DNA of 64,000 nt from a virus. Its lineage: Duplodnaviria > Heunggongvirae > Uroviricota > Caudoviricetes. This document shows, one piece after another, positions 38,143 through 48,266 of the stretch. The stretch is taken from positions 91,127 through 155,126 of IMG/VR virus record IMGVR_UViG_3300031760_000006; one strand, written 5' to 3'. The notes under the pieces are model-generated. The model made no database searches. It was not told the DNA's origin and was given only the letters and a program-made list of their open reading frames with translations. Position numbers and translations under genes: made by a program. Positions within the stretch are counted from its first letter, which is position 1. The number at the start of each line of letters is the position of its first letter.

Positions 38143-38421
38143 TTATTCGTCTTCGTCTTCAACCATCGCTTTCAATACATTATACAGTTCTTCCAGTTCC
38201 TCTCCTGTGAATCCAATACACTTCACAGGAATCTCTCCCTCTCCGTTGGGGTTTTTCTTCCATGTCTGGAAGTAGTACTTTTCAGCGTTTTCGTTGTACT
38301 TTCCGTAAGTCAGGCGAACATCTCCCTTCTTACCGAATCTTGCACATTCTTCTTCCATGTGGTAGACGATATTTCTCTTGTTGTTTTTCTTTTCGGTTGT
38401 GTTTGATTTTTTAATAGCCAT
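38143..38421 (-). CDS. hypothetical protein
   Basis: 92-aa ORF. Confidence 0.4.
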   Translation of the reverse strand: MAIKKSNTTEKKNNKRNIVYHMEEECARFGKKGDVRLTYGKYNENAEKYYFQTWKKNPNGEGEIPVKCIGFTGEELEELYNVLKAMVEDEDE

Positions 38422-38439
38422 AGTTTGTTCTCCTTTGCT

Positions 38440-38766
38440 TTAATTTATTTTTATTATTTTGTAATTTACTTCTGAACCGTTTCCATCAGTAATAAAATCT
38501 AATACATTAGGAATGGTTTCAGTCAAATTATTAAATTTCTCTTGAATCAGGTAGTCGAACAATATCTGCCCACCATCTTCTTCATCTACTTTACCTTCGA
38601 CTATATCTTCAATGAGAGTCGTTTCATTATAGATATAATACATAAGGTAATCAACCATTCCTCTTTCCATGTCTTCCATTAACAAATTACTTCCGTTACC
38701 TTCTGCGATGTAGATGAAAATATGTTCGTTTGGAAGATGAATTAATACATCATCAAGAAAAGTCAT
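38440..38766 (-). CDS. hypothetical acidic protein
   Basis: 108-aa ORF. Confidence 0.4.
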   Translation of the reverse strand: MTFLDDVLIHLPNEHIFIYIAEGNGSNLLMEDMERGMVDYLMYYIYNETTLIEDIVEGKVDEEDGGQILFDYLIQEKFNNLTETIPNVLDFITDGNGSEVNYKIIKIN

Positions 38767-39136
38767 ACTGCATCTCCTTCCAGTTTAAATCTTTGTCTGC
38801 TTTGTATTTCAATTCTAACTGCATTACATAAAATCTATAATGCTCATCACTGTTCATTGCCTCGTTTAATTTATCAATAATCACCTTCTCTCTTCTTTCG
38901 AACTCGGCAAGGCAATCTTTCTTTTTATTATGCCATGAGGTAACAGCCATGCCAGAAGCAATATCTGTTACTTTATAATGATTATCTACTTTGGCAATTC
39001 CGAATCGCCAAGTAGCATCGTTTTCGTCATCTACTTTAAAAACAGTTCCGCTTACCTTGGTGAAATGGTAATTAGAACCAAGGTTTTTGTAAAAACAAGT
39101 GATGTAGAAATCACCTTTCTTTTTGTCGTAAATCAT
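38753..39136 (-). CDS. hypothetical protein
   Basis: 127-aa ORF. Confidence 0.4.
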   Translation of the reverse strand: MIYDKKKGDFYITCFYKNLGSNYHFTKVSGTVFKVDDENDATWRFGIAKVDNHYKVTDIASGMAVTSWHNKKKDCLAEFERREKVIIDKLNEAMNSDEHYRFYVMQLELKYKADKDLNWKEMQYDFS

Positions 39137-39151
39137 ATTTTTACTTCCCTT

Positions 39152-39478
39152 CTACGAAATTCTGTTACCGTTGATTTCGATGCCGCCATACCATGATAAA
39201 ATATCATCAAATACATCATCGCAACCTTTTGCGTCTTCTGTTTTTATATCTCGAATGATGTTTCCATCTTCGCTGATAATCATCAAAGAGTGGCGAATGT
39301 TTTCTATTTCCTTCGTCATCACCGTAAACCTGCTTATTTCTGCCCACCCCCAATAAGCGAAAGAATACTTTCTATCATATAATGTAATTGTAGATATGAA
39401 TTCGGGGGTTGGCATTGTCCAGTCTAATTCTTTGAAATCTTCAGGTGTTAATACTAACCCGATTATTCCATAGTACAT
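39152..39478 (-). CDS. hypothetical protein
   Basis: 108-aa ORF. Confidence 0.4.
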   Translation of the reverse strand: MYYGIIGLVLTPEDFKELDWTMPTPEFISTITLYDRKYSFAYWGWAEISRFTVMTKEIENIRHSLMIISEDGNIIRDIKTEDAKGCDDVFDDILSWYGGIEINGNRIS

Positions 39479-39506
39479 AATTTACCTCCCTTTCAGGAGA
39501 CCGTCA

Positions 39507-40445
39507 TTAGACGGCCTCCTTCATCATTGCGTATGCCTTGTCAATCAATGCGTTACCGTCAATCGTTTTCATAAAACGATTCTCGGCGAAGTTCTTTGTC
39601 TTTCTGAATGGAATGGTATGCGTTGCAAAGTCGCTTACAGCGTTCACGAACCTGTAAGCAGATTTTTCAATGTCTACCAAATCCGGGGCTTCATGATAAC
39701 GAATCCGTAATTCGTTTCTCATGTCCTCGATTCTGCGAATCTTGGTCTGAGAAGTTTCGGTTTCGCTTAAAGGAATGAGCATGTTAATATACTCATCTAC
39801 CTTGTCATCAGTTAAAGTCATCAACTTTAACTCGCCGAATTCTTCATGGAGTTCTTCCATATAAGCATCAGCATTAATCAGTGTTCGTTTCGCTTCTTCA
39901 AGTTTGCCTTTGATGTCACCGACATGAACACAAGACCATTTACGGTCAGCAGACTTTAAAGCAAGATTAAGTGTATTCTGACATACCACTCTGATAGGAG
40001 TGATTGCCACGTTAATAGCTCCCTTACCGTCATGAGAGTTTGTGAATACAAGATATGGTGACACTCTCTCACCTGTAATCAATCTGTCTTCCATCTTAGC
40101 AAGCATCCAAATTCGTTTGCCTGAAGCAAGTGAGCCAGCCGTTTCATACTTGACCCCTTCACCAAGAAGAGCATCAGTGAATTCGAATGCTTCGATGTTC
40201 TGTACAATTCTGTATCTGTCAGTTACCATTCCAAGTACCTGTCTATCAATGTCTCTGATGTTTGCCTTGAATCCCGGGATTAAAGTTTCGTTGTCAGTAT
40301 AAACATCTGACTGGATTACCTTCCAGTCAAGACCTGCATAAATGATTGCGTCTTTAGAAGTGGGTGCGTATTCAATACTAGTTCCAAGTCCATGCCATGG
40401 TGTTTCTCTTCCTACAAAAAACATACTTTCTACATTAGCTGCCAT
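39507..40445 (-). CDS. phage/plasmid-like protein of unknown function (DUF932-like)
   Basis: The N-terminal FFVGRETPWHGLG...AGLDWKV resembles the DUF932 family N-terminus. Recalled from memory. Confidence 0.4.
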   Translation of the reverse strand: MAANVESMFFVGRETPWHGLGTSIEYAPTSKDAIIYAGLDWKVIQSDVYTDNETLIPGFKANIRDIDRQVLGMVTDRYRIVQNIEAFEFTDALLGEGVKYETAGSLASGKRIWMLAKMEDRLITGERVSPYLVFTNSHDGKGAINVAITPIRVVCQNTLNLALKSADRKWSCVHVGDIKGKLEEAKRTLINADAYMEELHEEFGELKLMTLTDDKVDEYINMLIPLSETETSQTKIRRIEDMRNELRIRYHEAPDLVDIEKSAYRFVNAVSDFATHTIPFRKTKNFAENRFMKTIDGNALIDKAYAMMKEAV

Positions 40446-40513
40446 AATTTTTTTTCTCCTTTACTTTTTTATTTGCTTTTATTTTGCTTGTTTGTTTTGT
40501 TGTTGCTATTTAA

Positions 40514-40975
40514 TTAAAACAGATATAAATCAACAGGGAGTGTAATATCTCCTTTTTCGTTCTGAATATAAGCATTAACAATATCAAGAAAAGTATCTCT
40601 AATGCCTTCAAAAATATCATTGTCTTTTGCATCTTCCCTTATTTCATCTTCTGGTTCTTCATCAGGCAAGCCTTCAGATAACCACCAGAAAAAGTAATCT
40701 GCGTGTTTAAGGTCACGAACAAATTTGTCCATTCCCTTGAGAGATTTGATTCTCTCTTCTACTTTGTCCCAGACTTTAGTTCCCTTGACCGTGTTCCAAT
40801 TCTTGTGAGTGACTCTCACAGAATCGTAATTACCTGTGAAAAATAATGCTTTTGCTACTTCCTCGGCTTTTGTCTTGGAAGGATATGAACCAAACACTCT
40901 TTCTTCAAATGAGTGCTTTGGTTCGTGGGTATAAGTTCTGTTGTTTCCTGCTATCACGTTATATTCTCTTGCCAT
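40514..40975 (-). CDS. hypothetical protein
   Basis: 153-aa ORF. Confidence 0.4.
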   Translation of the reverse strand: MAREYNVIAGNNRTYTHEPKHSFEERVFGSYPSKTKAEEVAKALFFTGNYDSVRVTHKNWNTVKGTKVWDKVEERIKSLKGMDKFVRDLKHADYFFWWLSEGLPDEEPEDEIREDAKDNDIFEGIRDTFLDIVNAYIQNEKGDITLPVDLYLF

Positions 40976-40989
40976 AATTATTCTCCCTT

Positions 40990-41709
40990 CTAGGCAGCTT
41001 TTGCCTTGATAACTTCAATTAACTCGTGACATTGTTCAAGCCATGTCTTAAATCCAATCTCATCTTTAATGGCTTGAAGCATTTCCTCGTCAGTTTCAAT
41101 ATAATCGCAAACAGTGAACTGCTCGTTGTCTTCTTCTCTGCTTACTGTGATGTAGTCTTCAAATATATTGGTATCACAGTAATAATGTTTTCCTTGCAGT
41201 TCTACAAGGTTTGTCTTTGTCAGATAAATGCACTCGTAAAACTCATCCATACTATTAAAGAAATACCATAAATGGTCAGTGTAATTACCTCTGACATCTC
41301 CATAGCGATGCACCATCAAAGCAATGATGACACCACCTGAAGTGTTCCATGCCTTAAAATCAAAATGGTTTGATACAGGTGAAGACCAGTTATAGGAGTT
41401 ATCTCCCTTGTAACAATTCGGAGATTCAATATAACCCTGTTCAACTAAACGATCCAATACTACATCAAACTCCGTTGTTTCCCAATTTGTTTCACTGGGG
41501 TCTACTTTAGTGATAGACTCTTTGAACTCGTATTCTTTGAGTTCTGTGAGAAGGTTAATAATATCAATTGTGTAGTTGTCTACATCGCTTGGTAAGGTGG
41601 TTGGTTGACCAAAAATCCTTACATTTGCTCCTCTTAAATCTTGGATTTCTTTAATTACTTCCTTTGTTGTAGCCATAATTATTCTCCTTCCTTTGTGACG
41701 AGAAGCCAA
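40990..41709 (-). CDS. hypothetical protein
   Basis: 239-aa ORF. Confidence 0.45.
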   Translation of the reverse strand: MASRHKGRRIIMATTKEVIKEIQDLRGANVRIFGQPTTLPSDVDNYTIDIINLLTELKEYEFKESITKVDPSETNWETTEFDVVLDRLVEQGYIESPNCYKGDNSYNWSSPVSNHFDFKAWNTSGGVIIALMVHRYGDVRGNYTDHLWYFFNSMDEFYECIYLTKTNLVELQGKHYYCDTNIFEDYITVSREEDNEQFTVCDYIETDEEMLQAIKDEIGFKTWLEQCHELIEVIKAKAA

Positions 41710-41846
41710 AGCCCCTCGTCTTTATAGATTCTTTCACGGTATTCATTTGCCTCTTTAAAAGTGGCAAAGTGTAACTCTTCCATGTAGTTACCCAAGTGAA
41801 CGACATACATTGCTTTATCACTTCCTTTCTTCGCCTTTGATTTTAT

Positions 41847-42275
41847 TTAATTTGCGTTGTACTTTTTCTTTATAGCCTTGAGTTCTGCATTGCTAATTAT
41901 CTTTGCTCTGTATAACATCTCCGCATAAGGAATAGCCTGACAATTATCTGTATCCAAAAGACTTTGTAAATAATTGATTTCATGCTTTCTCTTTTGTTCT
42001 GCTACTTGCTTTTTCTTTTCTCTCGTTCTCTTTTTCCCTGTATCGTAATCAAGGGAAGCCGCAAAGTACATTGCAGAATGTGGCGATGGATTTAATTCCT
42101 CGCTTAGTTCAAGCTTTCCCTTGACTTCGTAGATGGAGACATCAGATAACCTGTCTCCTGAACAATCGCAAGCCCACCGAAAAGCCTTGAATTTGGCTTC
42201 CGTGTAGTTTGCGGCTTCGATTTCGGTATTTGCGGAATAAGGAAAAGAATTCATTATTAATAAATATTTTTTCAT
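41847..42275 (-). CDS. hypothetical protein
   Basis: 142-aa ORF. Confidence 0.4.
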   Translation of the reverse strand: MKKYLLIMNSFPYSANTEIEAANYTEAKFKAFRWACDCSGDRLSDVSIYEVKGKLELSEELNPSPHSAMYFAASLDYDTGKKRTREKKKQVAEQKRKHEINYLQSLLDTDNCQAIPYAEMLYRAKIISNAELKAIKKKYNAN

Positions 42276-42307
42276 GATGTATCATCCTTTCTCTTGTTTT
42301 TATTTGC

Positions 42308-42370
42308 TTAATTAACAGTTACTGATGTACCCAACATTTAATTGTTGGGTACACGGATAACGGTTAATTA
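42308..42370. repeat. copy 2 of the imperfect inverted repeat TTAATTAACAGTTACTGATGTACCCAAC(loop)GTTGGGTACACGGATAACGGTTAATTAG
   Basis: Intergenic at an operon junction. Shares about 26-bp arms with the copy at 44951..45029. Confidence 0.6.
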
Positions 42371-42396
42371 GTTTCTGTTGTTTCTGTGTTTGTTAC

Positions 42397-43053
42397 TCAT
42401 CCGATGTTCATTAACTCACCTACTTTCTTTACCTCGTTTGCCTCGTTTGCCTCGACTTTCGCTTTCTGTTCTCTTTTCCAGTTTGCAAATTCCCTTGCAG
42501 GAAGTACACATACTTCTTCGGGATATCCTTTTTTCTTTCTGTTATAATATGTAGATGACCCTTTTGCAGGAGCGGATTTTCCATAACCACCTGAACGAAC
42601 AGGTGTAGTCAGTGCGTCTTTAAGATTCCATTTGAGTATGTGTATTCTACCCTTAAATGTTGTTACCTTAATTCCGTACCAATCACACATATCTGTGATA
42701 GTAGCAAACCAATTCCCTTCATGGTCTTGGATTGCTTTTGCGTTAGAGTAACTTAAGATGTTTCTAACCCCGGTTCCGTTGGGGTCGGCGATTATCTTAC
42801 CGTTAGTGGCGATTGCCATAGCTGACAGGAAGTTATGCACCTCAATATGTCTCTTGAAATCGTTATCTTCCTTCTCTGCGGTTTCCTGTAAATCATCGTT
42901 TACCTCATGCAGTTCCCTTGTAAGGGTTGCAATCTGCTGTTCAATTTCAAACTTCCTTGTTCTCAGCCGTGGTGCTTTCTCTCCCTTTCTGCGTGGGAAT
43001 GTATCCATAGTTGCGGGTGTGAAGTTCATGTTCATAGCTGTTGTGTTCATCAT
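42397..43053 (-). CDS. hypothetical protein
   Basis: 218-aa ORF. Confidence 0.4.
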   Translation of the reverse strand: MMNTTAMNMNFTPATMDTFPRRKGEKAPRLRTRKFEIEQQIATLTRELHEVNDDLQETAEKEDNDFKRHIEVHNFLSAMAIATNGKIIADPNGTGVRNILSYSNAKAIQDHEGNWFATITDMCDWYGIKVTTFKGRIHILKWNLKDALTTPVRSGGYGKSAPAKGSSTYYNRKKKGYPEEVCVLPAREFANWKREQKAKVEANEANEVKKVGELMNIG

Positions 43054-43113
43054 AATTTTTATTCCTCTCTTTCTTTTATATGGGTTATTTATTTTTTAAT
43101 TTAGTTTTATATT

Positions 43114-43320
43114 TTACCTTTGGCTTGCAAGATAAATAGCTTTGTTTGGCATTATGCTAATTCTTTCTAGCTCTTTTATAAGAGCGTGAAATTCTTTTGT
43201 GTTGTGTTTATTTTCTTTTAACAAAAGACTTAGAGAATTGAGATAATCATTTCTCAATTCTCTAAGCGATTTCGATGTCATATTATTTACCTCCTTTTTG
43301 TTCGTGTATAGGAACTGCAC
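43114..43320 (-). CDS. small hypothetical protein
   Basis: 68-aa ORF. Confidence 0.3.
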   Translation of the reverse strand: MQFLYTNKKEVNNMTSKSLRELRNDYLNSLSLLLKENKHNTKEFHALIKELERISIMPNKAIYLASQR

Positions 43321-43543
43321 TTCCTAACTCAACATGTACTTCTTTTTGAATCGTACTAAGAGTTTCTAGCATTTCGCAAGTTTCTTCACTACTTATGTTA
43401 TTGTCTGCACCATACTGATCTATTAAGTTCCCTAAAAACATTAAAAAACCATCTTTAGAAAAAAATTTAATTTCTGTATAAAAATCAGAAAACATTAAAT
43501 TTTCTGCTTTTATTATTTCAGACATCATTTTAAAATCTAACAT
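43283..43543 (-). CDS. small hypothetical protein
   Basis: 86-aa ORF. Confidence 0.3.
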   Translation of the reverse strand: MLDFKMMSEIIKAENLMFSDFYTEIKFFSKDGFLMFLGNLIDQYGADNNISSEETCEMLETLSTIQKEVHVELGSAVPIHEQKGGK

Positions 43544-43731
43544 ATTTTATCTTCCTTTCTATTTTTCTATAGTGTTAAGAACAGCCCAAGCTGTAGCAAC
43601 CAATACCACAGCGATTCCCAAAGGAATTCCCTTACTTCCATAGCAGAGAGGGATAAGCATCCCTCCTACTATTGAAAGGCAGATTGACAGTGTTTCTAGA
43701 ATCTGTGCTGGCTTACTCTGTTTTTTCATTT

Positions 43732-44646
43732 TTATTTCCTTTCTTGTTCTATTTCTTTAATACCTTCTTCGAACATTTCTTGGTCTTTGTCAGACCATTT
43801 ACGAATACCTTTTGCGTATTCTTCTGCTCGAATTTCTTTATATTCCAATTCAGGTTCAAGAGGATAAGCAATCACACCTTTAGCAAAATAGTAATCTCTT
43901 TTCTCTTGGAAAGACGAATTAGCATTAATAGAAGTTGAAGATACAAGTTTATAAGCTACTTCTTTACGTTTCTCTTTTAATTTTTTATCCTGAGATTCAG
44001 GGAATTGTGTAAAAGAACGAAGTAAAGAAGTATCTAAATCTATTATATTTTCTTTATTTTTTATTTCTTTCTCTTCTTCACCCCCTTGCGAAGCACCAAA
44101 GGACATATTATACTTGTTAGACAATTTTGGTAGTGACGGACAATTCTGTCGGACGAAATTGTCTACCCTAGACAATTCTGTCGGACAGTTTTGTCTACCC
44201 CCGACAATATTGTCGGACGAAATTGTCGGACGAAATTGTCTACCCCCGACAATATTGTCTACCCCCCTAGACAATTCTGTCGGACGAAATTGTCTACCCC
44301 CGACAATATTGTCTACCCCCTCATTTAGCTTGGAGAGGTTAGGACGTATAATTCTGTCTTTCGTGTCTGCACCTTCACGGCGATAACTCATTTTTAACAG
44401 TTCCTTTGTTTCAAGGTCTGTTAAATAACGAGTTATATTACGTTCGCTTACACAAAGGATTCGTGCCAAGTATCCGTTGCTAGGACAGCAGAATCCTTTC
44501 CTTTCTGACATGGCAAGGAGTTTTGCGAAAAGCATTATTTCCTTGCCATTTGTTATTTTGATTTCATTTAATGCATGGATTAATTCTGTGTCGATTAAAA
44601 TGAAATCAGTGTTTTCATTTGCGTTTGCATTTGTATTATTATCCAT
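43732..44646 (-). CDS. putative replication initiator / replisome-organizer-like protein with origin iterons inside its coding sequence
   Basis: The N-terminal winged-helix-like region (LARILCVSERNITRYL) resembles DnaD/replisome organizers. The central peptide repeats NIVGGRQFRPT are encoded by DNA iterons. Confidence 0.45.
   Translation of the reverse strand: MDNNTNANANENTDFILIDTELIHALNEIKITNGKEIMLFAKLLAMSERKGFCCPSNGYLARILCVSERNITRYLTDLETKELLKMSYRREGADTKDRIIRPNLSKLNEGVDNIVGGRQFRPTELSRGVDNIVGGRQFRPTISSDNIVGGRQNCPTELSRVDNFVRQNCPSLPKLSNKYNMSFGASQGGEEEKEIKNKENIIDLDTSLLRSFTQFPESQDKKLKEKRKEVAYKLVSSTSINANSSFQEKRDYYFAKGVIAYPLEPELEYKEIRAEEYAKGIRKWSDKDQEMFEEGIKEIEQERK
44120..44330. repeat. iteron array: 6–7 copies of ...GACAATTCTGTCGGACGAAATTGTCTACCC... 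containing the palindrome GACAATATTGTC
   Basis: TTGTCTACCC occurs six times. There are nested 12–30 bp direct and dyad-symmetric repeats. Confidence 0.75.
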
Positions 44647-44692
44647 AATTATCCCCCTAGTATTTTGCTTGATTTAATTTAATTAGTTACGG

Positions 44693-44721
44693 ATTTTACC
44701 ACAACTATTTAATTTTGTCAA
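44693..44721 (-). promoter_or_regulatory. sigma70-type promoter TTGACA-17-TAAAAT (TG-extended)
   Basis: The minus strand reads TTGACAaaattaaatagttgtggTAAAAT, upstream of the initiator gene. Confidence 0.5.
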
Positions 44722-44740
44722 GTAAAGCTAGGGATAAGAA

Positions 44741-44974
44741 TCATCTCCCTTCTTCTCTTGCTTTGGCTCTTTCTCTGAGCCAGTTGTTGAACATTTCCTT
44801 TGCCTGCTCGTCATTACAAGCGGGCAATTGTTTTTCAAAGTAACCATCAATGAGGATATAGTATCCCCATTTATCTGTAGCTAAAGAGGCGAAACATTTT
44901 CTTGCCAGTTCTTTCATGTTCTCATCTCCTTTTCTTTCCTTGTTTGCCTTGTTAACAGTTATTGATACACCCAA
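44741..44974 (-). CDS. small hypothetical protein
   Basis: 77-aa ORF. Confidence 0.3.
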   Translation of the reverse strand: MGVSITVNKANKERKGDENMKELARKCFASLATDKWGYYILIDGYFEKQLPACNDEQAKEMFNNWLRERAKAREEGR

Positions 44975-45029
44975 CCATCGAATATTAATTCCGTTGGTTT
45001 CGGGGTTGGGTGTACGGATAACTATTAAC
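44951..45029. repeat. copy 3 of the inverted-repeat family (GTTAACAGTTATTGATACACCCAACC ... GGTTGGGTGTACGGATAACTATTAAC)
   Basis: Arms are near-identical to copy 2, with a longer loop. Confidence 0.55.
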
Positions 45030-46065
45030 GATATTCATCGAGTTTAATGAGAAATTCTGTATCAAGTTCTCTTAAGAGAGAGCCTAAATAACGATTCGAA
45101 GACAGATTTCTAGTTACCTCGAACAAAGGAATTATTTCGTTTCTCTTTGTTTCGGTATAGAAGATATACATTTCCTCATGATGTAAAGAATCGTATTCTT
45201 CTCTTACAAAGATTCCACCTTTCATTTCTGTAATATCAAACCAAGCAGGAATCCTTTCTGTAGCTACATTTACTTCATAACCATATTCTTCAGAAATAAC
45301 CTTGACTACTTCAAACAAAGGTTTTACTTTGTCTTCCTTCTTTTTCATGGCATAAATAAGACTATGAAGAGAAACATATTCGGAATCATAGTCGTCTTCG
45401 CTAAAAGGGTCATAGTCATCATCATCGGTTATTGTCATTAAATCTAATAACTGATTTCTGTTGGTGCAAAATTTAAAACGGTCTTTGTAAACTGAATATC
45501 CTTTAGCTTTAAGTTGTAGATATTCGTCTACGAGTTCTTCAAGAGAGACATCGTTGATGTCTTCATAATATTCTTCAAGGAATTCTTTTTCTCTTGCTTC
45601 ATCTTCTACAAGGGAATCGAAATACTTTTTCAGTTCCCTTGCAGAAACTTTGTTCTGTTCCATTCCCTTGTTAGTGTCAGGATACCATTCCTTATGGAAT
45701 GTTTTGTTATGTTCACTCCATCTACTGGAAAGAACACAACGAGTTCCTGCGTTCTCGGGTCTCTTGGCAAGATATAAAGAAGACTTGCCTTTGGTTTTAT
45801 TGAGTTTTTTATTTCTCTTCTTTGCGTTCTGTTTTCCGTGATGCCTGTTTCTGCTATCACTTCTATCTTTCACAGTAAAAGTGTTTGCCTCAATCCAAGC
45901 GTTTTCACGTTCAAGTTTAGCAAAAGCTTTTTTCACGATGTCGTTTTCTGTCAGTTTTACTTCTCTTTCGGGAAGTCCTAAATCTTTTCTTAATTTAGAC
46001 TCTCCGAATTTAGAGAACTGAGAATCAATCTTTTCCATAAAAACTTCTTTTGCAAAATCACTCAT
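45025..46065 (-). CDS. hypothetical protein
   Basis: 346-aa ORF. Confidence 0.45.
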   Translation of the reverse strand: MSDFAKEVFMEKIDSQFSKFGESKLRKDLGLPEREVKLTENDIVKKAFAKLERENAWIEANTFTVKDRSDSRNRHHGKQNAKKRNKKLNKTKGKSSLYLAKRPENAGTRCVLSSRWSEHNKTFHKEWYPDTNKGMEQNKVSARELKKYFDSLVEDEAREKEFLEEYYEDINDVSLEELVDEYLQLKAKGYSVYKDRFKFCTNRNQLLDLMTITDDDDYDPFSEDDYDSEYVSLHSLIYAMKKKEDKVKPLFEVVKVISEEYGYEVNVATERIPAWFDITEMKGGIFVREEYDSLHHEEMYIFYTETKRNEIIPLFEVTRNLSSNRYLGSLLRELDTEFLIKLDEYR

Positions 46066-46333
46066 TTTTATCTCCCTTCTGTTTTTGCTTTTTATTTTTA
46101 TTTGCCTTGGTGGGCAGAGGTCGCCTGTTACCTTAAAGGCATATTAAGCTCACATCTCAGCAAACAAGACAAACGATTTAACCAACCATTTTCATTTGCC
46201 TTGTTTGCTGAGGATGGGTTTAATGGGAACAAGGATTTAAGGGGGTGGACTATTCAGAAAATCATTTTTTTTAAAAATTTTGAGAATGAATTTCGGCCAG
46301 TCTATTTAATAAGCAAGAATAGATAAAGAAGCT

Positions 46334-46648
46334 TTAATAATAAAAATTTATTGTTAAATCTTCTTTTTTAGTTTCTTTATAATATTTGATTTTTTCAATG
46401 ATTTCTTTTATATTCATCATCTCATAGTTTCCATCACAGAAATCACAATGACCTTTTTCGTTTAATTCTCCGAAGCCCCCACAGCAAGGGCAGAAGGAAA
46501 AATCCGCAGAGGTATCGTATGATACTCTATATTTACCGCCTTTACATCTCTTAAAGATGGTGTAATCAATGTAATGACCTCCATTATTATGAAGACCGTT
46601 AATGTAATCTGTCCTGTCTTCCACTATAATTTTTACTGGCTGTTTCAT
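46334..46648 (-). CDS. Cys-rich hypothetical protein (FCPCCGGFG...CDFCDG)
   Basis: 104-aa ORF. Confidence 0.4.
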   Translation of the reverse strand: MKQPVKIIVEDRTDYINGLHNNGGHYIDYTIFKRCKGGKYRVSYDTSADFSFCPCCGGFGELNEKGHCDFCDGNYEMMNIKEIIEKIKYYKETKKEDLTINFYY

Positions 46649-46655
46649 AATATAT

Positions 46656-46725
46656 CCTCCTTCTTAATAAAATGAAAAGAGGAACAATGTTTGATTGTTT
46701 TAAATCGAATCAAATCATTGTTCCT
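46656..46725 (-). terminator. Rho-independent terminator downstream of 46733..47023
   Basis: A 10-bp stem (aggaacaatg/cattgttcct) with an internal sub-hairpin is followed on the minus strand by CTTTTCATTTT. Confidence 0.45.
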
Positions 46726-46732
46726 TAGGTTA

Positions 46733-47023
46733 CTAATCACTTATCCAGTCAGGGACATCCCAATCATCCATTCCTGCATAAGTAATATCAGTGCTTTTAA
46801 GCATTTTGTCTAATGTCTTATAGGCAAAAGTGTTTTGATGATTCCAGTAGGATTTATGCACGGTAAACGCATCTACTACGCATACTACTTTATCACCTTG
46901 CCTCTCATATCCTCCACTTTCGAGGATACGCATAAAGATGTATGCTTGTCGTTGTTTTTTGGGTGTAAGATACCAATCTTTCGCCCAAATATCGACAAAC
47001 ACACTCTTACCATCTGAAGTCAT
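46733..47023 (-). CDS. hypothetical protein
   Basis: 96-aa ORF. Confidence 0.4.
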   Translation of the reverse strand: MTSDGKSVFVDIWAKDWYLTPKKQRQAYIFMRILESGGYERQGDKVVCVVDAFTVHKSYWNHQNTFAYKTLDKMLKSTDITYAGMDDWDVPDWISD

Positions 47024-47054
47024 GACTTATCACCTCCTTCATAATGGTTAAAAC

Positions 47055-47130
47055 GAATGTCAGGTTTCGAACCTGATGCCTAACCTTAAGGATTAGTTGG
47101 GGTCACCAAACATAATACAAAATACCACAT
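47055..47130 (-). ncRNA. tRNA-like element (good T-arm TCAGG-TTCGAAA-CCTGA, possible anticodon arm). No clean acceptor stem found by eye.
   Basis: The minus strand reads ggtgaccccaactaatccttaaggttaggcatcaggttcgaaacctgacattcgtt. Confidence 0.2.
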
Positions 47131-48266
47131 ATTGGCAGAAAATGCTATCAATATGCGGTATTAACATATTATGTGCTTGCCGTGGATAGTATCTTTACTG
47201 TGTACTATCCCATTCGTTAACTGATAAGTTGATATTATCCCCTAAGATATTTATAGACTTGTGGTGCTGATATTTTAAGCGTCCAAGTCTTTGTAACACA
47301 TGACAGCCCTCTCAATACTACAGTCATTAAACAGACGTCATGCATGGACTTTCACCATAGGATTCAGAGTAATAGATAATTATATCATTATACTCCACTT
47401 TTCCCGTCATAAGCGTTACCTCATGATATACCGCATCCACCATTGCAGTACGTTCTTTTCACCTGAGTAGCTTCCTCACCCTGACGTTTTGATTCCGCTC
47501 TAATCGACTCTGACCCACCTCACCACAAGGTAGTCTCCTCCGAAAAACGGGTGGTTGGGATTGTACTTAGGTCATAGCTAGAATATAATCCTAGTCATAA
47601 CAGTACATTCCTCGGATAATCCCCTGCGACTTAACGCAAACATTCCTCATCGACCATACGCAAGGTCATTCGGAGCTTTCAAAACATAATGCTCGTATAC
47701 TAAGAGTTTTCAAGGCTCATGCGGTATACAACATCGCAGATTTACTCACAACCTACTAGTCCTGTTTCAGCCTCAGAATATTCCTGATGTTTTTCACCAG
47801 TGTTATCTAGGGACTTCTCCACAGTATCTACGAATTTCACGTAGACCCTCAGGAATCCTATTTGTTCCAAGATACGTGTTTCTGGCGGTAAAATATACCT
47901 ATAGTTCTGCAAAGCAGTCCTATGGCGTTTTATATTGATGCATCGTTGCGATTGTCCACTATGGCTTAACAGAGTATTCCACGTTGCGGATTTTCACGGT
48001 ACAATACACCCCTACAAGACGCTATGTCTAGCCAAAGCCAGTCATGCCCGCTTGGTGTACACAATATCTCCCCATACGTCTCCCCATGCTTCACGGAGTC
48101 CAGTGTTAATGGGCTACCAGTGCCGTCTACCGTAGACGGTGAGTCTCTCACATGCGTATGGTATTGTCAAGGTACGAACTTAGCCTAGTATCTCAAGATA
48201 AACTTCTACCCAGTTTGGTAGGGAGTCCTAGATTCCACAATCCTATATGAGTGCGTTAACACGGTG

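Noticed and set aside
47935-48151. Short overlapping ORFs 47935..48135(+) and 47966..48151(-) in the ORF-free island.
   Set aside because: They overlap each other on opposite strands, have no RBS, and sit in a region better explained as non-coding RNA or insert DNA.
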